A stretch of 36,613 nt of DNA, taken from the IMG/VR virus record IMGVR_UViG_3300050196_000132, positions 1 through 36,613 of that record. One strand, 5' to 3'. The notes under the pieces were generated by a model. That model was not told where the DNA came from. It did not search any database and saw only the letters and a list, made by a program, of their open reading frames with translations. Positions 1 through 6,772 of the stretch are shown here, piece after piece (positions within the stretch are counted from its first letter, which is position 1; every line of letters starts with the position of its first letter). Origin of the DNA: a virus. Its lineage: Duplodnaviria > Caudoviricetes. The translations under genes were made by a program, and so were the position numbers.

Positions 1-136
1 CTATAACGCCGAGCGGGACCACGAAATTGCAAATTTGCCCGTGGCCCGCTCGGCCACCGCTCCGTCTTGGGCCGCCCTAGCCGCCGCCTTCTTTGCGGGC
101 GTTCTCGTGGTCGCGGGGGTGCTGCGTTATGTCTAG
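1..136 (+). CDS. 5'-truncated hypothetical protein with a C-terminal transmembrane helix
   Basis: Frame 2 is open from the window edge: YNAERDHEIANLPVARSATAPSWAALAAAFFAGVLVVAGVLRYV*. The stop overlaps the next ATG region. Confidence 0.55.
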   Translation, partial: YNAERDHEIANLPVARSATAPSWAALAAAFFAGVLVVAGVLRYV

Positions 137-323
137 CGTTCTCGTCAATTTTGAGGGTGGCCCGCTTGCCGACACCTGTCGCCGCGTGCCGTTTTACCGC
201 GCGCTTAACGGGCCGCCCGTTCGGTTCCGCGCGTATGGCTGGCTTTACCGGTTCAAACGAACGGGCGGCCCTGCGCGGATTGATTGGGCTGGCGGGTATT
301 ATGAGGCGGTACGCCATGCGTGA
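129..323 (+). CDS. Hypothetical protein (64 aa)
   Basis: ATG at 129 lies inside the 93..323 ORF (MSSVLVNFEGGPL...). It overlaps both neighbours by 8 nt, as expected for a packed operon. Confidence 0.55.
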   Translation: MSSVLVNFEGGPLADTCRRVPFYRALNGPPVRFRAYGWLYRFKRTGGPARIDWAGGYYEAVRHA

Positions 324-708
324 AAGTGGCAATCAGACGCTTATCCGCGACCACTATAGCGCCCTTGGTTGGCGACTCTGGCGGAATAACGTCGGCGCGC
401 TCGTCGACAATAACGGCCGGCCGGTGCGCTTCGGGCTAGCAAACGACACCAAAGCCCTTAACGAGACGCTAAAATCCGGCGACCTTATCGGCTGGCGGCC
501 TTTGCTCGTCACGCCCGATATGCTCGGGGATTGCATCGCGCAATTCGTCTCGATCGAATGCAAGCCTGACGGTTGGGCCTATCGACCGGCGGAACCCCGC
601 GCCGTCGCGCAAAACCGGTGGGGCTCTATGATACGGCGTGAAGGGGGGTACGCGGGCTTTATGATCGACCCGGACGAGGGGGTATTTTATCCCCCCGGCG
701 GGAATTAG
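316..708 (+). CDS. VRR-NUC / PD-(D/E)xK family phage nuclease
   Basis: LWRNNVG...RFGL...SGDLIG...FVSIECK...Q..W motifs. ATG 316 is preceded by GAGGCGG. The N-terminal extension in the ORF track is unlikely to be real. Confidence 0.8.
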   Translation: MRESGNQTLIRDHYSALGWRLWRNNVGALVDNNGRPVRFGLANDTKALNETLKSGDLIGWRPLLVTPDMLGDCIAQFVSIECKPDGWAYRPAEPRAVAQNRWGSMIRREGGYAGFMIDPDEGVFYPPGGN

Positions 709-735
709 CCAAGGACCGCGCGAAAGACCGAACAG

Positions 736-764
736 TTGACCGCAAAGACAATAGCAGCTAAAGG
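736..764 (+). promoter_or_regulatory. Degenerate palindrome copy and sigma70-like promoter (TTGACC-17-TAAAGG, preceded by GC)
   Basis: TTGAC-cgcaaa-GACAATAG has one mismatch to the TTGAC-N6-GTCAA repeat. GCTAAAGG sits at 17-bp spacing. Confidence 0.5.
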
Positions 765-769
765 GGCGC

Positions 770-843
770 TGCGCTCCATGCGTAACCCTCCTGCCCTCCA
801 CCTTTGCGGCCCTAGGTTTCATTCCGAGCCTAGGGCCTTTTTT
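770..843 (+). ncRNA. Candidate small RNA with two CCUCC motifs
   Basis: Lies between the promoter-like element at 736-764 and the intrinsic terminator at 808-843, with no convincing ORF. Confidence 0.35.
808..843 (+). terminator. Rho-independent terminator
   Basis: GGCCCTAGG (808-816) pairs with CCTAGGGCC (829-837) and is followed by T6. It sits between convergent genes. Confidence 0.8.
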
Positions 844-1312
844 ATGCTGCGGTATAAAGCACAGCCTCGGCCGCCCGGCGGCGCGTTAGGCCTGGCATGA
901 CTTTGCCCGCCGCTTTGTTCCATCGGCTAAACTCTGCCGCCGCGCCTTTCAAGTCGCCCGCCAAGTGTTTATGCAAGAGCGTGCTTCCTTCAAAATTTCC
1001 AAGCCCAATGTTATAAGCCAAGGCGACCAGCGCGTCGAACTGGTTTTGCGTGGTAACCGCGCCAACCAGCAATCGGTTAACCCCCGAAGCGCACCGGGAT
1101 ATGCCCGCATCGAACGCCGCTTCACATTGCACGACCGACCAGATTGTGCCGGGGCCAATATTTTGGCCGGTCGTGCCGTGGCCGATAGTCCAGGGGGCGC
1201 CGCCGGTCGCGGGGTCGGGGTAGGCCTGCACTCGGCCGTCGGGTAGCGACCGCCCAAACCCCTCAAACTCGGCGATAAGAGCTTTTGCGCGCGGAGAAGC
1301 GTTTAGCGTCAT
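842..1312 (-). CDS. Endolysin, GH24 phage lysozyme
   Basis: FEG...AYPDPATGGAPWTIGHG (catalytic E/D/T), QNQFDALVALAYNIG, GLTRRRAAE. The likely start is ATG 1312. Confidence 0.92.
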   Translation of the reverse strand: MTLNASPRAKALIAEFEGFGRSLPDGRVQAYPDPATGGAPWTIGHGTTGQNIGPGTIWSVVQCEAAFDAGISRCASGVNRLLVGAVTTQNQFDALVALAYNIGLGNFEGSTLLHKHLAGDLKGAAAEFSRWNKAAGKVMPGLTRRRAAEAVLYTAA

Positions 1313-1314
1313 AG

Positions 1315-1332
1315 TTGACAATCCCGTCAATA
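1315..1332. promoter_or_regulatory. Palindromic operator/promoter TTGAC-N6-GTCAA(TA), site A
   Basis: TTGAC-aatccc-GTCAATA between the divergent endolysin and TetR-like genes. Confidence 0.7.
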
Positions 1333-1373
1333 GGTCGTAACCAAAGGCCAACGTATATAAGGGAGCCTAGCCC

Positions 1374-1724
1374 GTGTCGACCATGACGCCGGAACACGAA
1401 ATTGACGAACGAAACGCCGCGCGCGACCTTCGCGTGCTTAACGCCGCGCGGCGGGTGATTGAAACTAACGGCCTTTCGGCATTGACGCGGGAAGCTTTGG
1501 CAGACGAAGCGCGCGTTAGCGCGGCCAGCGTTTCCAATTTTGGCCGAACCCGGATCACCAACGGCGAACACGACCGCGAAGGGTATCGACCGCGAATTCT
1601 GCGGGCCTTGATGGACGCCGCCCTTGAATCCAGCGATTTGCCTATGTTGCGGGTCGGTATTGCCGACGGTTGCCTGCGGCTTGAGGATTTGCCGGTGCAT
1701 TTACGGCTGGCCTTAAAAGCCTAA
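1374..1724 (+). CDS. TetR-like helix-turn-helix transcriptional regulator (short C-terminus)
   Basis: RVLNAARRVIETNGLSALTREALADEARVSAASVSNF fits the TetR N-terminal HTH pattern. GGGAG lies 8 nt before the GTG. Confidence 0.75.
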   Translation: MSTMTPEHEIDERNAARDLRVLNAARRVIETNGLSALTREALADEARVSAASVSNFGRTRITNGEHDREGYRPRILRALMDAALESSDLPMLRVGIADGCLRLEDLPVHLRLALKA

Positions 1725-1857
1725 ACGGGCGGCACGTCGACCCGACTCGAGAACGTGCCGCCCTTCCGACGCGACGAGGCCGAAAGACAAAGCCGCGCGC
1801 CAGATTTGCCGACGGTACAGAATACCGCGGCCGAATACAACCCGAGGGATTCTAAGC

Positions 1858-2043
1858 ATGGCCAAGATTGTCCAGACGTGTGGCAACTGCAAATTTTGGG
1901 GGTTGCCCGGAACCTCACGCGCTATGACCACTTCGAGCGTTTGCCGCCGCTACCCGCCTACGCATGAGTGGCCGCCTCGCACGCTTCGAACTGATTGGTG
2001 CGGCGACTGGTATTTGCTGACGACCGCGCAGGCTGCAGTATAA
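1858..2043 (+). CDS. Small Cys-rich, probably metal-binding phage protein
   Basis: CGNC...CRRYPP...DWCGDW pattern, GAGGG RBS, and a TAATG overlap with the primase start. Confidence 0.7.
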   Translation: MAKIVQTCGNCKFWGLPGTSRAMTTSSVCRRYPPTHEWPPRTLRTDWCGDWYLLTTAQAAV

Positions 2044-4439
2044 TGGCCGATTGGTCGTTCTTTGACCGCGGGTTTTCCCTTTTCCCGCTCCTGCCCCGCA
2101 CAAAGCACCCCGCCCTAGATTGGGAATCCTACCAGGCCACACGCGCCGACGCGCCGCTCGTAGCTCTTTGGGCTTCGCGCGACTGGAACACCGGCATTGC
2201 GACCGGCGCCGTTTCGGGCTGCATTGTGCTGGACTGCGACAACGCCTTGGCGCGTGTGGCGGCTGAAACTTTTGGACTTCCCGATACGCTGACCGTAGCT
2301 ACGCCGCGGGGAACGCATTTTTATTTTCAACACCCCGGCTGGCAAGTGCGCAACCGTGCGGGCCGCACATGGACCAAAGACCTCGACGGCGTCGGGCTAG
2401 ACGGCTGGGATATGCGCGGCGATGGGGGCTTTGTCGTTGGGCCAGGCAGCTTTTACCAACCGACGCCCGCCGAGCTGGCCGCGGGCAAGCTGGCGGGCCA
2501 TTACGTTATCGAGCGGGACGCGCCTCTAGCTCCCGCGCCCGATTGGCTTTTGGGGCTCGTTTACCCCAAGGACGTTAAACCCGCGGCGCCGGCTCGAACG
2601 ACCGTCGAGACAAGCAATTACGGCCGCGCGGCTCTTAACGCCGAAATTCTCATTTTGACTGGTACGGCGGCGGGCGGCATTAACAACCAAGTCAACCTAT
2701 CCGCTTTTGCGGTCGGCCAGCTTGTCGCGGGCGGGGAAGTAGCCAGCGAGGAAGGTTGGGGCGCCCTGCTAGAGGCCATGGCCGTTCTTGGCGTGGCGGA
2801 CGAGGGGAAAGCGGTCGGCACGCTTGAGCGCGGTTGGTTGGCGGGCATGGAAAACCCCCGCGCCGCCGAGATGCTCGACGCTGCTCAAATTTTAGGCACG
2901 CGGGGGTCTATAGCACCCCCGCCGCACCTAGATAACCCCCCGGCTGAAAATGGCGAAAAACTGGGGCCTTGCGAAGACTTACCCCCCGCCGCCGCCCAGC
3001 CGTCGGAACCGGTTAAAGCCCTTCAACGCGGGCAAACTGTATGGGCCGACCAAATGCCCCAACTGTTTGCCAATTGCTATTTCGTGCAGTCGGTCGACCG
3101 CATTTTCGTTCGTGGCATGGGGCTTTTGACGCCGACCAGCTTCGACACGGTCTTTGGTGGTTTCCAATACCCGACCGACGCCCAAGGCACCAAGACCACC
3201 CGGTCGGCGTGGGAGGCGTTTCGCACGTCGCCAGGGTGGAAATGCCCTATTGTTTTTGACACGTGTTTCCGGCCCGAACTAGAGCCGGGCGCGATTGTCG
3301 ATATCGAAGGCCTGCCTTTCCTTAACACCTACGAGCCTATCGTTACCCCGCGGCGCGCGGGCGACCCCGCGCCGTTCTTGCGTCACGTGCGCACGCTGCT
3401 ACCTAACGGACAAGACGCCAACTTACTCCTTCATTGGATGGCCAGCGCTGTGCAAAATGTTGGGCGCAAGTTTTTCTGGTGGCCGGTCGTCCAAGGTACG
3501 AAAGGCAATGGCAAGTCGCTGCTGCTGCGCGTTATGACCCACGCCATGGGCGAGCGCTACACGCATTTGGTACGGGCCGACTCGGTGATTAAGACCGGCA
3601 ACCAGTTTAACGATTGGGTCGTCGGGAAGCTATTCCTCGGCTTTGAAGAAATCCGCTCGAGCGAAGGGCGCCGCGATTTTGTCGAAATGATGAAAGACAC
3701 TGTTACCGACATGCGAACGTCGGTCGAAGCCAAGGGCCGCGGCCAGCGCACAGCGGACAACCGCGCCAACGGCATGATGCTGTCAAACTGGAAAGACGCC
3801 TGCCCCGTCGACGACGACGAACGACGGTGGGGCATTTTCTTCACCGCCCAACAATGTGCCGAAGACCTCGAACGAGACGGTATGACGGGCCGCTACTTCC
3901 CCGACCTCTATGTTTGGCTGCGCTCGGGCGGGTATGAGATTGTCACGAATTACTTGGCAACCATGCCCCTGCAGGCCGCTTTAGACCCCGCCCAAGATTT
4001 GCACCGTGCGCCGTTCACGTCGTCGACCCAAGAGGCCATTACCGAATCGCTCGGTTTGGTTGAACAGGAGATTGCAGACGCCGTAGAAGCCGAGGCCGTG
4101 GGGTTCAGGGGCGGCGTGGCCACCTCGATCGCCCTGCGCGGCTTGCTGGACCGCCTGCGCAAACATATCGCCCCTAAGCGCTACCGCTCAATTATGGCGT
4201 CGGTCGGGTTTGTGGTTCACCCCGCTTTAAGCGTCTGTCGGGGGCGGCCCAATAACCGCCTGACGGACGGCACGCGCCCGGTTTTGTATTTTGAAAAAAA
4301 CCACCCGGCTTTGAATTTGTCCGAGCCTTCGGAAATTGCACGGGCGGCTGAATTGGCCTTGTCGGGCGGCACGATACGCGAAGGGGCGTCTAACGTGGTC
4401 GCGTTCCGCCCGCCCCCTCCTGCAGCCACGATGTCTTAA
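2043..4439 (+). CDS. Bifunctional primase/polymerase (Prim-Pol) fused to a D5-like SF3 helicase
   Basis: N-terminal NTGIATG, VLDCD, TPRGTHFYF and DMRGDGGFVVGPGS motifs. C-terminal Walker A GTKGNGKS, FEE Walker B and DDERRW. Confidence 0.9.
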   Translation: MADWSFFDRGFSLFPLLPRTKHPALDWESYQATRADAPLVALWASRDWNTGIATGAVSGCIVLDCDNALARVAAETFGLPDTLTVATPRGTHFYFQHPGWQVRNRAGRTWTKDLDGVGLDGWDMRGDGGFVVGPGSFYQPTPAELAAGKLAGHYVIERDAPLAPAPDWLLGLVYPKDVKPAAPARTTVETSNYGRAALNAEILILTGTAAGGINNQVNLSAFAVGQLVAGGEVASEEGWGALLEAMAVLGVADEGKAVGTLERGWLAGMENPRAAEMLDAAQILGTRGSIAPPPHLDNPPAENGEKLGPCEDLPPAAAQPSEPVKALQRGQTVWADQMPQLFANCYFVQSVDRIFVRGMGLLTPTSFDTVFGGFQYPTDAQGTKTTRSAWEAFRTSPGWKCPIVFDTCFRPELEPGAIVDIEGLPFLNTYEPIVTPRRAGDPAPFLRHVRTLLPNGQDANLLLHWMASAVQNVGRKFFWWPVVQGTKGNGKSLLLRVMTHAMGERYTHLVRADSVIKTGNQFNDWVVGKLFLGFEEIRSSEGRRDFVEMMKDTVTDMRTSVEAKGRGQRTADNRANGMMLSNWKDACPVDDDERRWGIFFTAQQCAEDLERDGMTGRYFPDLYVWLRSGGYEIVTNYLATMPLQAALDPAQDLHRAPFTSSTQEAITESLGLVEQEIADAVEAEAVGFRGGVATSIALRGLLDRLRKHIAPKRYRSIMASVGFVVHPALSVCRGRPNNRLTDGTRPVLYFEKNHPALNLSEPSEIARAAELALSGGTIREGASNVVAFRPPPPAATMS

Positions 4440-4966
4440 AGCCCGTGGCTGCGCAACCATTCGCCCAGTTGCGCTACCTCGACCCGAAAAAACTGCAGCC
4501 CGTTGACTTGGGGGTAGCGGCCCGAAATTGAGTTGCAAACCGCACTCGGGCTAACACCAAAGGCATTGGCCGCGCCCCGCACATTTGAGTACGTGGCACC
4601 CGTAGGCAGAACGGCTATAGTCGTACCCAGGTCGGGGTCGCGGGCCACTTGCCATCCGTCGACGACGCAATCAAACCATTCAATAGGAACCGACGCCTCG
4701 TAAGGGCCGTTGGCCATAGGCCGGTACTTTTTGATTTGCTCGTACTCGACGCGACGCGCCTCGGCTCGGCTACCAAACCTCCCAAAAATAAAAACAGAAA
4801 CCGGGTGGCCGCCGACGTAAATGTTCCACTTTTCGTTACGGCGGGAATTTCCCGCGTCAAAAGCCCGCGATAAAATCCCGCTGCCAATATAAAAAAGTTT
4901 ACCGTTTGCAAAATGGCCATAAACCGCAAATTCCGAAGCAGGATCAATAACGTCTGGCAAATACAT
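4436..4966 (-). CDS. Free-standing GIY-YIG homing-endonuclease-like protein with a C-terminal NUMOD1-like HTH
   Basis: AVY..(10)..FYIGSG, conserved R, E...I...P..N. C-terminus TGATYSNVRGAANAFGVSPSAVCNSISGR. ATG 4966 follows AAGGCGG. Confidence 0.75.
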   Translation of the reverse strand: MYLPDVIDPASEFAVYGHFANGKLFYIGSGILSRAFDAGNSRRNEKWNIYVGGHPVSVFIFGRFGSRAEARRVEYEQIKKYRPMANGPYEASVPIEWFDCVVDGWQVARDPDLGTTIAVLPTGATYSNVRGAANAFGVSPSAVCNSISGRYPQVNGLQFFRVEVAQLGEWLRSHGL

Positions 4967-4995
4967 TTTTCCGCCTTTCTTTAAATTGCCACGCC

Positions 4996-5024
4996 ACGTT
5001 AAAAGTTTTTTCGGCGCCGTCAAT
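4996..5024 (-). promoter_or_regulatory. Promoter TTGACG-16-TAACGT (half copy of the palindrome)
   Basis: ATTGACGGCGCCG is identical to one arm plus spacer of site B, and it points into the endonuclease gene. Confidence 0.55.
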
Positions 5025-5049
5025 GCTAAAAGTTTTGCAGAAACGGCTG

Positions 5050-5393
5050 TACCCTCGATAGGGGAAGATTGGGGGTAGCGTTTGAGGGTACGATTTTTTC
5101 CAACAATTTGAAAGGTTTAGCGAACAAAAATTGAGCTTTACCCTCATAAACTCGTTACCCTCATAGAAAGTCAGGTTGCGCCCAGCATAGGGGGCGGCAC
5201 AATGCGTTTTGAGGTTTTGCCCACGTGGCCCATAAATGTTTTGCCCAGCCCAACCCGTACGCGTGTCAATGTTGGGTTTTATGTGGGTATTGAGGGTGTT
5301 GAGGGTATTATATTCTAATAGTGTGATTTTATTAGAGAATTTTTTACCCTCAAACCGAAAGGCTATATGGGTAATTTGGAGAAATTGAGGGTA
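5050..5393. repeat. Iteron-like GAGGGTA/TACCCTC cluster with an AT-rich core; putative replication origin or packaging site
   Basis: Seven exact heptamers at 5050, 5084, 5139, 5156, 5301, 5345 and 5387 in both orientations, plus variants. AT-rich segment at about 5307-5346. Confidence 0.65.
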
Positions 5394-5531
5394 ACGGCAG
5401 ATTTTGGCCGTTTCGGGTAAAACCGGCAATTTTGGTAGGCGGCAAGAGCGGGCAATGTTTGGGGGCTGGTTCGGTAAGCGGAGAAGGTTCGCGCGTAATG
5501 GGGTAAGCGCCCGTACGGGGCGGCTAAAGCC

Positions 5532-5560
5532 TTGCAGGCGGCCAGCACCGGCGGTATATA
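5532..5560 (+). promoter_or_regulatory. Promoter TTGCAG-17-TATATA, probably giving a leaderless terS mRNA
   Basis: The -10 ends 6 nt before ATG 5567 and there is no SD. Confidence 0.55.
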
Positions 5561-5566
5561 CGCGGC

Positions 5567-6088
5567 ATGACTGACCAGCCTGACAAACCGGACTATGGCG
5601 ACACGATAGAGGCGCATTTGATTTGCGATATAGTGGCGGCCGGGGACACGCTAATCGACGCCCTGCGGGCTTTGGGGCTGGCGTACAGCACGACTTACAA
5701 ACGGATTCACGCTAACCCGAAATTCCGAGATATGCTCGAGCAAGCGCGGCAAGACGGGTACGAGGTGATAGCCAATAGTTGCTTGGCGCTGACGAACGAA
5801 TGTGTCGAAATTGCCGATGACAAAACGAACGATTTTGTCGAAAAGAAATTGGCGGATGGCAGTACGGTCGAAGGGCTCGACCGCGAACACGTGCAACGCT
5901 CAAAGCTGCGGGTCGACACGCGGTTGAAGGTGGCCGAAGGCCGCCTCAAATTGCTGGCTAAATGGCACCCACGCAAATACGGCGAAAAGCTGCATGTCGA
6001 ATCAACAAACACCAACGCCGAAATTCCCATGTCCGACGACCCGATTGAAGCGGCACGGGCTTACGAAAAAATGATGAAAGGAGATTGA
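5567..6088 (+). CDS. terS: Terminase small subunit (Sf6-like)
   Basis: ICD.V..G.TL, EIADD, EHVQRSKLRVDTR...LAKWHPRKYGEK signature. Confidence 0.85.
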   Translation: MTDQPDKPDYGDTIEAHLICDIVAAGDTLIDALRALGLAYSTTYKRIHANPKFRDMLEQARQDGYEVIANSCLALTNECVEIADDKTNDFVEKKLADGSTVEGLDREHVQRSKLRVDTRLKVAEGRLKLLAKWHPRKYGEKLHVESTNTNAEIPMSDDPIEAARAYEKMMKGD

Positions 6089-6113
6089 CGGCGCCGTCAA
6101 TAGGTCTTAGGCT
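6084..6113 (+). promoter_or_regulatory. Palindrome site B with promoter TTGACG-17-TAGGCT
   Basis: Perfect 18-bp palindrome ATTGACGGCGCCGTCAAT at 6084-6101, overlapping the terS stop codon. Confidence 0.8.
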
Positions 6114-6138
6114 CCTGTCATTCTAAGGAGTTACTACC

Positions 6139-6252
6139 ATGGATAGAGACGAAGGAATTAAGGTTTTCAAGGGGCTTTGCCTCGCCCTGCCGTTTGTTTG
6201 GGTTAGCGGGATTGTCATCGCGGCGGTTGTGCGCTTTTGGCATTTGCTATGA
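6139..6252 (+). CDS. 37-aa single-pass membrane microprotein (not in the ORF track)
   Basis: MDRDEGIKVFKGLCLALPFVWVSGIVIAAVVRFWHLL. TAAGGAG RBS and ATGA coupling to the next ORF. Confidence 0.7.
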   Translation: MDRDEGIKVFKGLCLALPFVWVSGIVIAAVVRFWHLL

Positions 6253-6398
6253 ACTGCCAATCCCAAGAGGCGTTTAACCGCCAGCGCGCGCGGGCCCGCA
6301 ATAAGCCGCCGCGCGTCGTTCACCGTACGCGCCGCGAGAACGACGAAATTGCTTGCTCGTGCGGCGCGCGCTGGCCCGTAGGAGAGGACCACCCATGA
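6249..6398 (+). CDS. 49-aa basic microprotein with H/CxC (not in the ORF track)
   Basis: MNCQSQEAFNRQRARARNKPPRVVHRTRRENDEIACSCGARWPVGEDHP, with ATGA overlaps at both ends. Confidence 0.65.
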   Translation: MNCQSQEAFNRQRARARNKPPRVVHRTRRENDEIACSCGARWPVGEDHP

Positions 6399-6712
6399 CC
6401 CCGCTTGAGCAAGCTGTCGAGCATATGGAAGCCGAGTATGCGGCGGCCAGCCCGAAAGCCGACCTGTGGCGCGCGGTTCTTGACGCGTTAGACGACGGCC
6501 AAGCGTGCCGTGAACGGTACGAGATGGTAACCGAAGCGATTGAATATGGGCGGGCCATTAACCAACCTGGCTACGAAGTTATTGACCAAGCCATTCAAGC
6601 GGGAGCGGATTGGGCGTGCGTCGTGGTTCGCCTAGAAAACGCCGGGATTATAGAAAACGGCGCGTCGGCCGATCAAGTCTTGGCGGCCTTGTCGCTTTTC
6701 CTGCCCGACTAA
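6395..6712 (+). CDS. Hypothetical acidic helical protein (105 aa)
   Basis: ATG 6395 follows GGAGAGGA, with an ATGA overlap. Confidence 0.75.
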   Translation: MTPLEQAVEHMEAEYAAASPKADLWRAVLDALDDGQACRERYEMVTEAIEYGRAINQPGYEVIDQAIQAGADWACVVVRLENAGIIENGASADQVLAALSLFLPD

Positions 6713-6715
6713 AAC

Positions 6716-6744
6716 TTGCGTCGGGCAGCGCGGCGGGGTAAGTT
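6716..6744 (+). promoter_or_regulatory. Promoter TTGCGT-17-TAAGTT
   Basis: Intergenic, upstream of the 1015-aa gene, with exact 17-bp spacing. Confidence 0.5.
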
Positions 6745-6772
6745 GCGGGCCTACCGCTAGGAAACGCCCCGT

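Noticed and set aside
67-315. 83-aa N-terminal extension of the VRR-NUC ORF
   Set aside because: It overlaps two better-coupled small ORFs, and the family motifs and RBS start at ATG 316.
1755-1967. 70-aa ORF between the TetR-like and Cys-rich genes
   Set aside because: It has no RBS and overlaps the better-supported 1858-2043 gene in another frame.
4944-5429. 161-aa minus-strand ORF across the non-coding region
   Set aside because: It spans the repeat array, has atypical composition and no RBS, and is best explained as a chance ORF.
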